From assembly GCA_017938205.1 (NCBI GenBank), contig JAGBCA010000004.1, positions 434 to 64,433 on the forward strand: 64,000 nucleotides of DNA, read 5' to 3'. The position numbers and the translations under genes are program-made. Below are positions 40,520-48,542 of the stretch, piece after piece (the first letter of the stretch is position 1; each line of letters starts with the position of its first letter). The notes under the pieces were generated by a model. The model saw only the letters and a program-made list of their open reading frames with translations, was not told where the DNA came from and did no database searches. This stretch comes from Clostridia bacterium (lineage in GTDB: Bacteria > Bacillota > Clostridia > Oscillospirales > CAG-272).

Positions 40520-41755
40520 ATGTCATACCAGCCTTTGGCCGATCGTATGCGCCCTACGTGCTTTGACGAAATTGCGGGCCAATCCCACCTTGTTGGAAAA
40601 AACGGGATTTTGCGAAAGCTTTCCGAGCATGGCCGTATTCCGAACATGATATTCTTTGGCCCTCCCGGTACGGGAAAAACTACGGTCGCAAACATCATTG
40701 CCAAGGAATCCGATATGCAGCTTTATAAGCTGAATGCGACCACGGCCTCTATCTCCGACATCAAGGAGGTCATACAATCCACGGAAAATATGTTTGCGCA
40801 AAACGGCACCCTTTTATATCTCGATGAAATTCAATATTTTAACAAGAAGCAGCAACAGTCTCTCCTGGAATTTATGGAGAACGGAAAGATCACCTTGATC
40901 GCATCCACAACGGAAAACCCCTATTATTACGTTTACAACGCGTTGCTTTCACGTTCCTCTGTTTTTGAATTTCACTCTGTGAAGCCGGAAGAGTGTATTC
41001 CTTCACTTCAGCGAGCGATCGACAGTCTGAATGAAGAATTTTCAACAAAGAAATTTGCAAGCAATCAGATTCTGCATACGATCGCATCCTGTTGCGGCGG
41101 AGATGTTCGTATGAGTATTTCTGTGCTTGAAAATGCATTTTATATTTCCAATGATGAGATCACGGAGGAAAACGTGCAGGCATTGCTTCCCTCTGTTTGC
41201 GGGCATTTCGATCGGAGCGGAGACGTACACTACGATCTTCTCTCCTGCCTGCAAAAGTCTATTCGAGGCTCGGATCCCGATGCAGCTGTCTTTTATCTTG
41301 CAAAGCTTTTAGCCGGAGGAGAGCTGCTTTCCGTTTGTCGACGCTTGCAGGTCATTGCAAGCGAGGATATCGGTTGTGCTTATCCGATGGCCGCTGCTAT
41401 TACGCGCGCATGCACCGAAAGCGCCAAGGAGATCGGGCTGCCCGAGGCAGCAATTCCGCTTGCCAATGCGGCTGTAATTTTAGCAACCTCTCCTAAATCC
41501 AACTCCGCACACAATGCATACTTTGCAGCAAAAGCCGACCTGGATGCAGGACTTGGAATAGAGGTTCCCTTCCATTTGCAAAGTCCCGGCTTCGTTGGGT
41601 ATAAATATCCTCACGACTACGAAAACTCCTACGTAGAGCAACAGTATCTGCCAAATGATCTCATAGGTAAACGGTACTACGTTTTCGGAAATAACAAAAC
41701 CGAACAGGCAGCCAAGGTTTATTATGACCTGATTCGAAAAAACAAACGCACGTAG
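40520..41755 (+). CDS. rarA: Replication-associated recombination protein A (RarA/MgsA)
   Basis: It has PLADRMRP, Walker [10 protein letters not shown], the DEIQYFNK box and a C-terminal MgsA domain. Confidence 0.9.
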   Translation: MSYQPLADRMRPTCFDEIAGQSHLVGKNGILRKLSEHGRIPNMIFFGPPGTGKTTVANIIAKESDMQLYKLNATTASISDIKEVIQSTENMFAQNGTLLYLDEIQYFNKKQQQSLLEFMENGKITLIASTTENPYYYVYNALLSRSSVFEFHSVKPEECIPSLQRAIDSLNEEFSTKKFASNQILHTIASCCGGDVRMSISVLENAFYISNDEITEENVQALLPSVCGHFDRSGDVHYDLLSCLQKSIRGSDPDAAVFYLAKLLAGGELLSVCRRLQVIASEDIGCAYPMAAAITRACTESAKEIGLPEAAIPLANAAVILATSPKSNSAHNAYFAAKADLDAGLGIEVPFHLQSPGFVGYKYPHDYENSYVEQQYLPNDLIGKRYYVFGNNKTEQAAKVYYDLIRKNKRT

Positions 41756-41797
41756 CCCCTCGCTTCTTTCATTCTCTTCAACCTTTCATAATAAAAC

Positions 41798-41826
41798 TTG
41801 ACAAACTGCGTTTTATCTGCTATAAT
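41798..41826 (+). promoter_or_regulatory. Sigma-A type promoter upstream of the lipid kinase gene
   Basis: TTGACA (41798-41803), a 17-nt spacer, then TATAAT (41821-41826). Confidence 0.6.
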
Positions 41827-41892
41827 TAGTTTACATACTTTGTCAAATATTGTATCAAGTGCAAAAATGCATTTCTGCGATCGGAGAATGCT

Positions 41893-42849
41893 ATGATATA
41901 TCATTTTATACTCAATCCCAAGTCCGGTAAAAAAACGCGCGATCTCGGTTTTGAGGATGCAATCAAGGCCGCTTGTGTCAAGCGCCAGCTCAGCTTTCAT
42001 ATATATTATACCACTTGCGAGGGAGATGCCACCGAATACGTGCGCTCCATGGTTCGTATATCCTCTGAAAAGCAACGTTTTATTTGCGTTGGAGGCGACG
42101 GAACGATCAACGAGATCGTGAACAGCGCACCCGAAAACCCGAACGTTGAATTTGGCGTTATCCCCCGTGGCTCGGGAAATGACTTCGTGAGGAATTTTAC
42201 CAACGGAAAAAAATTTCACGATATCGATGCGCAGATCGACGGAGAGCCGATTTCTTTGGATCTGATCCGTTGCAACAATATGTACTGTGTCAATATGGTG
42301 AACATCGGTTTCGATTGTGCCGTTGCCAAAGAAGCGGATTACATGAAGAAAAAGCGCATGGTTCCCGGCTCGCTTTCTTATATCGTAGGTGTTATTAAGG
42401 TGCTTTTCAGAAAGTTCGGAACGCCCATGAAGCTTATTTTTGACGATGGCGAAGTGATCGAATCTGAGCTTTTGTTGACTGCGATCGGAAACGGTCAATA
42501 TTGCGGTGGTGGCTTTGATGCTGCTCCGAAAGCGGTTTTAAATGATGGATTGATGGACATTTGCATTATCAATAAAATCTCGCGTTTTACATTTATCAAG
42601 CTTGTAAAAAGCTATAAATCAGGCACCCATCTTGAAAATAAAAAGGCAAAAGAATTCATTCGATATCGCAGAGTTTCTCATTTCCGCATGGAATTCGAAG
42701 CCCCGATTCCCATTTGTGTGGATGGCGAGATCAAGGGCGCAAAATCCATTGATTTTGATGTTATTCCTAACGGATTTCGCTTTGTTATTCCTAAGGGATC
42801 AAAGATGAAATTTTCCGCCGCACAGGAAAAGGAAGCGCTCCCTGTTTAA
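41893..42849 (+). CDS. Diacylglycerol/lipid kinase (DagK/YegS family)
   Basis: It starts NPKSGKK and has the catalytic-domain signature GGDGTINE followed by GSGNDF. Confidence 0.85.
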   Translation: MIYHFILNPKSGKKTRDLGFEDAIKAACVKRQLSFHIYYTTCEGDATEYVRSMVRISSEKQRFICVGGDGTINEIVNSAPENPNVEFGVIPRGSGNDFVRNFTNGKKFHDIDAQIDGEPISLDLIRCNNMYCVNMVNIGFDCAVAKEADYMKKKRMVPGSLSYIVGVIKVLFRKFGTPMKLIFDDGEVIESELLLTAIGNGQYCGGGFDAAPKAVLNDGLMDICIINKISRFTFIKLVKSYKSGTHLENKKAKEFIRYRRVSHFRMEFEAPIPICVDGEIKGAKSIDFDVIPNGFRFVIPKGSKMKFSAAQEKEALPV

Positions 42850-42875
42850 TATTTTTTCTTATTGGAGCTTTCAAT

Positions 42876-45128
42876 ATGAGTTTTTTCGAGAAAAGACCGC
42901 TCAGCATAATACTTTGTATTTTGCTGGGCGGATTTTCTCTTTTTACGCTCGTTCCCTCGAGCATTCGAATTTTCGTGCTTGGCACGATCGCACTTCTCTT
43001 ATTATTGTTTTTTATTCTGCACAGGAAAATCGGATTTCTTCCGTTCGTTTCCATGATCGCGCTTCTGATCTCCTTCGCTCTCTCATTTTTATATTTCGAG
43101 CAATTTTTTCCAATATACGATCGTGTCACCGGCCCTACGGTAATCACGGGACGAGTTACCGATATTACATATCAAGAATCGTTTGGCGCTATGTTCACCA
43201 TGAAGACCAAAAGGATCAATCGTCTCCCATTCTCCTCTTCAAAAATTCTTGTCTGTTTCACACCGGAGGAGGGGCAGGATCTCGACTTTGAAATTAACGA
43301 TGAGGTTTTGCTCTACGGAGAAATCGAGGCACTTGCAAGCACGGATTCAGGCTTTGACGAAAAGCAGTATTATGAAGCTCGTGGCGTGCAAGGCATCGTC
43401 AGAGACGCAGAAGCCGTTTCTTTTACAAAAAATACGCATTTTTCTCTTCTAAAATGGATCAAGAACATTCGAGAAACGGTACAAAATTACATAATGCGTG
43501 CATCGGACGAGCAAACGTCAGGACTTTTGGCAGCACTGATTCTTGGCGAGAAATCTGCGCTCCCCGGTCAGATTCGCCTTGATTTTAAACGAATCGGTCT
43601 ATCCCATGTTCTTGCTGTCAGCGGTATGCATCTTGCCATTCTGACTGCAGGATTGCATAAGCTTCTGTCACTCGTAGGCTTGGATAAAAAATGGCGAAGC
43701 CTCATCTCCATGCTTTTTGTAGTCATATACATGGGGCTCACGGGATTCCCCGTCTCAGTTCTCCGCGCCGGCGGCATGGTTTTAATATCCAATCTTTTGT
43801 TTCTGCTTGCAAAAACGCAGGATCCTTTTACGAATCTCATGATTTCCGTATCTGCAATATGCTTGATATCCCCCTATGCGGTTCATGATCTTTCGCTTTT
43901 ACTTTCCTTCTTTGCAACGGTCGGCGTTCTCGTTGCAGTTCATATTTTTGAAGATGTTCCGTACTATATATCCTGGTGGCTGAAGGGATTGATCGCTATC
44001 CTCTCCTCCCTCTTATCCTCCTTCTTTGCAATCGCCTTAACGCTTCCCTTTTCCGTTTTCAATTTCGGAAGAATGTCCTATATTGCCCCCATAACTACGC
44101 TCATCTTTTCGGTGCTCGTGGAAATCTTCATGTACCTCGGAAGTATATTTCTTCTCGTCGGTGCACCAAAATTTCTCTCTTTCCCGATCGCTTGGCTATC
44201 GGACTTTATCGTGGATCTCTCGGCATGGTTTGCAAAGCTCACTAACGTTTATATCATCGCTGACACACTGATTGTAAAGATCCTTTGCGTTGTATTCTAC
44301 ACGCTTCTGATTCTCTTCCTGATCATAAGGATCGAGCATAAGAAGACCGCGCTTGCTCTCCTTCTCATTCCATTTATTTCGATTTTTATTTTCGGATACG
44401 TAAGTACGGTACAGACAGTCCAAGACGATCGCATCGTATACTTTTCCGACACAAATAAGAACGAGGTTCTTCTTGCAATCCAAAACGAAACCGTCACGGT
44501 AACAAACCTTACGAACAACACCAATGCAGGGCGTAGCTATTTATTAGAGCAGTTAGATCGGGAAAATATTCTTACCTTGGATTTTCTATGGATTCCTCAA
44601 TATACCGCAAATCTGCCAAAGGCGCTTTCCGATATACTTTCAAGCATCCCTATCCGTCATATTTATCTGCCAATGCCAACAAATGAGGCGGAAGAAGAGG
44701 TATACGCATCTACAAAGGAGGCACTTGCCGATTTTCGTTGTACCTTTAGCAAATACGAAACCGGAGAAACCATCGCAAACAAGGATCTTCGGCTATATCC
44801 CGTATATCGCGCACCGATGGAGGATGGATGCAGGGTCATCCTAACACTGAAGTTGAACGAGAAATATTATACTTATATTTCAAACGGCGCTATCGAAGAG
44901 CGAAACACGGATCTTGCAAATTACGTCATGGCAGTCAGCGATACGGTTATTTTTGGTTGCCGCGGAAGGAGCTATACGAAGGATTATTACCTTGAACAAT
45001 CATCTCCGCATACAAAAACATTGATATTCGCGACGAACGATATCTATATCACACAAGACGTTTACGACGACTATAAATCACGCGCACGACTCTTATATCG
45101 TCCGAAACGTGTTGTACTCACAGAGTAA
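42876..45128 (+). CDS. comEC: ComEC/Rec2-family DNA internalization channel protein with a degenerate C-terminal metallo-beta-lactamase region
   Basis: The 750-aa ORF has an N-terminal OB/DUF4131-like region and a competence domain (GLSHVLAVSGMHLAIL). The C-terminal 250 aa lack any HxHxDH motif. Confidence 0.82.
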   Translation: MSFFEKRPLSIILCILLGGFSLFTLVPSSIRIFVLGTIALLLLLFFILHRKIGFLPFVSMIALLISFALSFLYFEQFFPIYDRVTGPTVITGRVTDITYQESFGAMFTMKTKRINRLPFSSSKILVCFTPEEGQDLDFEINDEVLLYGEIEALASTDSGFDEKQYYEARGVQGIVRDAEAVSFTKNTHFSLLKWIKNIRETVQNYIMRASDEQTSGLLAALILGEKSALPGQIRLDFKRIGLSHVLAVSGMHLAILTAGLHKLLSLVGLDKKWRSLISMLFVVIYMGLTGFPVSVLRAGGMVLISNLLFLLAKTQDPFTNLMISVSAICLISPYAVHDLSLLLSFFATVGVLVAVHIFEDVPYYISWWLKGLIAILSSLLSSFFAIALTLPFSVFNFGRMSYIAPITTLIFSVLVEIFMYLGSIFLLVGAPKFLSFPIAWLSDFIVDLSAWFAKLTNVYIIADTLIVKILCVVFYTLLILFLIIRIEHKKTALALLLIPFISIFIFGYVSTVQTVQDDRIVYFSDTNKNEVLLAIQNETVTVTNLTNNTNAGRSYLLEQLDRENILTLDFLWIPQYTANLPKALSDILSSIPIRHIYLPMPTNEAEEEVYASTKEALADFRCTFSKYETGETIANKDLRLYPVYRAPMEDGCRVILTLKLNEKYYTYISNGAIEERNTDLANYVMAVSDTVIFGCRGRSYTKDYYLEQSSPHTKTLIFATNDIYITQDVYDDYKSRARLLYRPKRVVLTE

Positions 45129-45174
45129 AACAGGCCGTCACAGATGCAAAAAAGCATTTGTGACAGCCTGTTTT
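45127..45174. terminator. Bidirectional terminator between comEC and ychF
   Basis: AAAACAGGCCGTCACAGATGC-AAAAAA-GCATTTGTGACAGCCTGTTTT. Confidence 0.75.
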
Positions 45175-45185
45175 ATATTTATATC

Positions 45186-46280
45186 TTATACGTTGAAAAG
45201 GAATTCTACGATGTCGCCATCCTTCATAACGTATTCCTTACCCTCGCTACGAAGTAAGCCCTTTTCTTTTACCTTGTTGCGATCGCCCTCGCGAACAAGA
45301 TCATCAAAAGCAACCACCTCCGCACGGATAAACCCACGCTCGAAGTCTGTATGTATTTTACCTGCCGCCTGCGGAGCTTTCGTTCCCTTGGTAATCGTCC
45401 AAGCGCGAACCTCCTTGGGGCCGGCCGTTAAAAAGCTGATAAGACCAAGAAGAGAATATCCGGCACGAATAAGCTTGTCCAATCCGCTCTCTTGGATTCC
45501 GAGATCGGAAAGGAAGCTCTCCTTCTCTTCTCCTTCAAGCTCTGCAAGCTCGGCCTCGATCTGTGCGCTGACGGCAATGATGCCGCTTCCCTCGCTTTCT
45601 GCGTGCGCCTTCAGTGATTGATAGAAGGGATTACTTTCATATTCTCCCGCAACCTCACCCTCGCTTACGTTAGCAACGTAAATGATCGGCTTCAAGGTCA
45701 AAAGGCGGGATTCCTCGATCCAGGCAAGCGCATCGTCACTCAAATCAAGGCTACGTGCACATTTGCCTTCCTCAAGACAGGTCTTGATCTTTGCAAGAAC
45801 GTCAAGCTTTTCAAGAAGCTTCTTATCGGCTCTTGCGGCCTTCGTTGTTCTTTCGATCGCGCGCTCAACGATCTCAAGGTCAGAAAGTATCAACTCAAGA
45901 TTGATGGTTTCAACGTCACGGATGGGATCGATCGAACCTTCTACGTGAATAATATCATTGTTCTCAAAGCAACGGACAACGTGAACAACGGCATCCACCT
46001 CACGAATATTAGCAAGAAACTTATTACCAAGCCCTTCACCCTTGGATGCGCCGCGAACAAGACCGGCGATATCCACAAATTCGATAACGGCAGGTGTATA
46101 TTTCTCAGGATTGTACATCTTCGCAAGAACGTCAAGCCTTGCATCCGGAACGGCAACCACGCCTACGTTGGGATCAATCGTACAAAACGGATAGTTTGCG
46201 GATTCGGCACCCGCATTTGTCAAAGCATTAAAAAGCGTGCTCTTTCCCACGTTAGGAAGGCCGACAATACCAAGCTGCAT
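45186..46280 (-). CDS. ychF: Redox-regulated ATPase YchF
   Basis: The 364-aa ORF has [18 protein letters not shown], a TGS domain and the C-terminal [10 protein letters not shown]. Confidence 0.95.
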   Translation of the reverse strand: MQLGIVGLPNVGKSTLFNALTNAGAESANYPFCTIDPNVGVVAVPDARLDVLAKMYNPEKYTPAVIEFVDIAGLVRGASKGEGLGNKFLANIREVDAVVHVVRCFENNDIIHVEGSIDPIRDVETINLELILSDLEIVERAIERTTKAARADKKLLEKLDVLAKIKTCLEEGKCARSLDLSDDALAWIEESRLLTLKPIIYVANVSEGEVAGEYESNPFYQSLKAHAESEGSGIIAVSAQIEAELAELEGEEKESFLSDLGIQESGLDKLIRAGYSLLGLISFLTAGPKEVRAWTITKGTKAPQAAGKIHTDFERGFIRAEVVAFDDLVREGDRNKVKEKGLLRSEGKEYVMKDGDIVEFLFNV

Positions 46281-46325
46281 ATAAAATAACTCCTTTGGGT
46301 TTATCCTTGCTTATAAGCAAAAAAA

Positions 46326-46599
46326 TGGTGCGGGCGACAGGACTTGATTCTCGCGCGAACTACGCGCTGCGGTCATTCGCGGCTCTGACAGTCCACCGGA
46401 CTGTCATTCAGTTCCGCTCCTACTTCAAGTCCGTCGTACAACCTACACTTGCTTACATAAAATGGTGCGGGCGACAGGACTTGACTCTCGCGCGAACTAC
46501 GCGCTGCGGTCATTCGCGGCTCTGACAGTCCACTGGACTGTCATTCAGTTCCGCTCCTACTTCAAGTCCGTCGTATAACCCACACTTGCTTACATAAAA
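46326..46599 (-). repeat. Two tandem 137-bp units, each ending with a copy of the last 22 nt of tRNA-Leu (including CCA)
   Basis: The units are 46326-46462 and 46463-46599 and differ at 4 positions. TGGTGCGGGCGACAGGACTTGA recurs at 46326, 46463 and 46600, an exact 137-bp period. Each unit has strong internal self-complementarity. Confidence 0.9.
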
Positions 46600-46683
46600 T
46601 GGTGCGGGCGACAGGACTTGAACCTGCACATCGGAGATACCAGATCCTAAGTCTGGCGCGTCTGCCAGTTCCGCCACGCCCGC
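46600..46683 (-). tRNA. tRNA-Leu (anticodon UAG), CCA encoded
   Basis: The reverse complement is GCGGGCGTGGCGGAACTGGCAGACGCGCCAGACTTAGGATCTGGTATCTCCGATGTGCAGGTTCAAGTCCTGTCGCCCGCACCA. It folds as a class II cloverleaf with a long variable arm and anticodon loop CTTAGGA. Confidence 0.9.
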
Positions 46684-46695
46684 AAAGCTATTAGT

Positions 46696-46724
46696 ATTTT
46701 ACCATAAAGGTAAAAAAAAAGCAA
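46696..46724 (-). promoter_or_regulatory. Putative promoter of tRNA-Leu
   Basis: On the minus strand: TTGCTT (46724-46719), a 17-nt spacer, then TAAAAT (46701-46696), 12 nt before the mature 5' end. Confidence 0.5.
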
Positions 46725-46776
46725 GCCCTTACGGTAATCTTTTTGCGATAACGCAAGAAAAAGTTAAAAAAAGGGG

Positions 46777-46805
46777 TTGACTTTCTCTGAAAGTTCTGTT
46801 ATAAT
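46777..46805 (+). promoter_or_regulatory. Promoter of tRNA-Ser
   Basis: TTGACT (46777-46782), a 17-nt spacer, then TATAAT (46800-46805), 13 nt before the tRNA 5' end. Confidence 0.65.
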
Positions 46806-46818
46806 ATAGAAGTCCGTT

Positions 46819-46909
46819 GGAGAGATGGCCGAGTTGGTCTAAGGCGCACGACTGGAAATCGTGTAAACCCTAACCGGTTTCATGGGTTCGAATCCCATTC
46901 TCTCCGCCA
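46819..46909 (+). tRNA. tRNA-Ser (anticodon GGA), CCA encoded
   Basis: GGAGAGATGGCCGAGTTGGTCTAAGGCGCACGACTGGAAATCGTG...GGGTTCGAATCCCATTCTCTCCGCCA. It is a class II tRNA with a long variable arm and anticodon loop CTGGAAA. Confidence 0.9.
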
Positions 46910-46970
46910 TAATATAAGCACCCCATTATGGGGTGCTTATATTATTTTATGGCTGATAGAATGAGGATGA
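46908..46970 (+). repeat. Left copy of a roughly 63-nt direct repeat bracketing the AT-rich cassette
   Basis: CATAATATAAGCACCCCATTATGGGGTGCTTATATTATTTTATGGCTGATAGAATGAGGATGA recurs at 48416-48478. I estimate about 80 percent identity by eye. Confidence 0.75.
46913..46941 (+). terminator. Intrinsic terminator after tRNA-Ser
   Basis: TATAAGCACCCC-ATTAT-GGGGTGCTTATA followed by TTATTTT. Confidence 0.75.
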
Positions 46971-47095
46971 GAAGCCATCGTCGCGCAGCGACTTGGGTTC
47001 GCATACCGCGCGAAGAGTGCGTCAAGCTTACTTGTAAGCGGCGAGCGACGGTATATTCGAGAGATTTTCTCGAGAACAACCATTCTCTCCACTAT

Positions 47096-47134
47096 AAAAA
47101 CGAACTTTTGTCTACCAGATAAAAGTTCGTTTTT
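47096..47134 (+). terminator. Strong intrinsic terminator
   Basis: AAAAACGAACTTTT-GTCTACCAGAT-AAAAGTTCGTTTTT followed by TCGTATTTTT. Confidence 0.8.
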
Positions 47135-47267
47135 TCGTATTTTTGAGCTTATATCTCACTAATAAAACATCGGTGTTCTTTTTATTACTCTTGGCTCAAA
47201 TAAAAAACGCCAAAAAACTTGCAACAGAAGAAATTCAAACACCCCTCAAAAAACTATTAAAAAACTA

Positions 47268-47296
47268 TTGACAACTTATAGTTGATATGTTATAAT
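47268..47296 (+). promoter_or_regulatory. Consensus sigma-A promoter of the two-gene cassette
   Basis: TTGACA (47268-47273), a 17-nt spacer, then TATAAT (47291-47296). It is preceded by a tandem AAAAACTATT AAAAAACTATT. Confidence 0.7.
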
Positions 47297-47323
47297 TGCA
47301 TTAAGAAAAGGAGGATGAATATT

Positions 47324-47662
47324 ATGGAGTACGAAAAAATAATTCTTGATTTATTGATGCGAGTTAAAGAGTTGGAGGAAAAAGTAGAACAACTTTCAAA
47401 GGAAAAGAAGAACAATTCAAAAAAGCAACCAGGAATAGCTGAAATCAGAGAATACATTATAGGGCTAAAACAGAAGGCAGCAGAAGATGGACTTCCCTAT
47501 ATTGTCTTAAAAGCCAATGACATACACAAAGCTATGGAATTAAAAAGCCGTATGCCTGCCGTTTGCAGTGCTATGAAACAATGTATGAATATGGGAGATA
47601 TTGTTTTGCATAAAACTGCAAGCGGATTTTCCTCAACATTCGAAATCCAATATACAATTTAA
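47324..47662 (+). CDS. Hypothetical 112-aa protein (N-terminal coiled coil plus a C-terminal domain of unknown function)
   Basis: An ATG lies 9 nt after AGGAGG. The frame stays open in AT-rich DNA. I recognise no family. Confidence 0.65.
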   Translation: MEYEKIILDLLMRVKELEEKVEQLSKEKKNNSKKQPGIAEIREYIIGLKQKAAEDGLPYIVLKANDIHKAMELKSRMPAVCSAMKQCMNMGDIVLHKTASGFSSTFEIQYTI

Positions 47663-47698
47663 TGGAAATACAGAGCTATACTGATTCGTTTTTGGTGA

Positions 47699-48364
47699 TT
47701 GAAAGTGCACGGACACAAATATTCTTCAAAAAAAGAGAAGTGGATTAGTAATGGTCACGGCGGCCATGTATTAAAACGGACATATTCGTATAACCACACT
47801 AACGATGTATTTACGATTTTCCTGCTGTGTTTTTTATTTGCTGCGCCCTTTTTGATTGCACGCAACCTAAAAGAGCGGAGGCGATTTTCAAATCACAAAT
47901 CTTTTATTAAACGGTTAGAGGAAAGCCAACAGCGCAGCTTGGAGAAACTACAGCAAACAAGGCAAAGCCTTTGGAATACTATAAAAAACAAACGCAAAGG
48001 CGAAAGTGATAATCATTGGATCAGAAGACTAAAAAGATATGGTTTTACAACAGATGGAGTGCATATAAAAACAGGAATAGAATATCAACTCAAAACAGAA
48101 ACGGAGAAATCTAAAATGAATGTTTATATCAAGGACAAATTAAAGAAGTTAGAAGGCGAAACTTTTTACACTGTAACAGGCAAACCATATACATATGAAT
48201 TCGTGGGCGAAAACATAATAAAGCCGAATAGAGCAAATTATAGGATTCATTTATCGAATTTTGAAAAAGCAATAAAAATAAATCCAACTGAATTACGTCA
48301 AATAAGAGAGGTTAGAGGCCCTTCTTATGTATTTGGAATAATAACGGATAAAAGATTTTGTTAA
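47699..48364 (+). CDS. Hypothetical 221-aa protein with one TM segment, a basic coiled region and a C-terminal domain of about 80 aa
   Basis: A 666-nt frame is open in AT-rich DNA, which is unlikely by chance. It has a TTG start with a weak RBS. An alternative internal start at ATG 48116, behind GGAG, would give only the 82-aa C-terminal domain. Confidence 0.5.
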   Translation: MKVHGHKYSSKKEKWISNGHGGHVLKRTYSYNHTNDVFTIFLLCFLFAAPFLIARNLKERRRFSNHKSFIKRLEESQQRSLEKLQQTRQSLWNTIKNKRKGESDNHWIRRLKRYGFTTDGVHIKTGIEYQLKTETEKSKMNVYIKDKLKKLEGETFYTVTGKPYTYEFVGENIIKPNRANYRIHLSNFEKAIKINPTELRQIREVRGPSYVFGIITDKRFC

Positions 48365-48415
48365 ATGTAGCGGAACGGTATTTGGATCATAATACATCTT
48401 TTTGCTACTCTTTCG

Positions 48416-48478
48416 CATAATATTAGCACTCCATTTTTTGGGTGCTTATATTACTTTACGGTGAAAAATAAGGATGGA
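48416..48478 (+). repeat. Right copy of the roughly 63-nt direct repeat
   Basis: CATAATATTAGCACTCCATTTTTTGGGTGCTTATATTACTTTACGGTGAAAAATAAGGATGGA matches 46908-46970. Confidence 0.75.
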
Positions 48479-48489
48479 ATAACAAAAAT

Positions 48490-48521
48490 GAGGCAGAGAT
48501 CCAAGCTCGGATCTCTGCCTC
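48490..48521 (-). terminator. Intrinsic terminator of the EF-G paralog gene
   Basis: GAGGCAGAGATCC-AAGCTC-GGATCTCTGCCTC has U-rich tracts on both sides. Confidence 0.8.
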
Positions 48522-48542
48522 AAAAATATTTTTCAGGTTGTT

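Noticed and set aside
46295-46525. A 76-aa ORF running through the 137-bp tandem units
   Set aside because: The frame exists only because the repeat lacks stop codons. It has no RBS, and the region is better explained as tRNA-related structured or repeat DNA.
46326-46599. The 137-bp units as additional tRNA genes or as a CRISPR array
   Set aside because: Only the last 22 nt match tRNA-Leu. There is no complementary acceptor 5' strand, D arm or anticodon arm, so they are not tRNA genes. The units abut directly with no unique spacers and are far longer than CRISPR repeats, so they are not CRISPR.
46928-47122. A 64-aa ORF in the GC-rich segment after tRNA-Ser
   Set aside because: It has no RBS, is Arg-rich, and runs into a terminator stem. 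The region looks like structured RNA or DNA rather than coding sequence.
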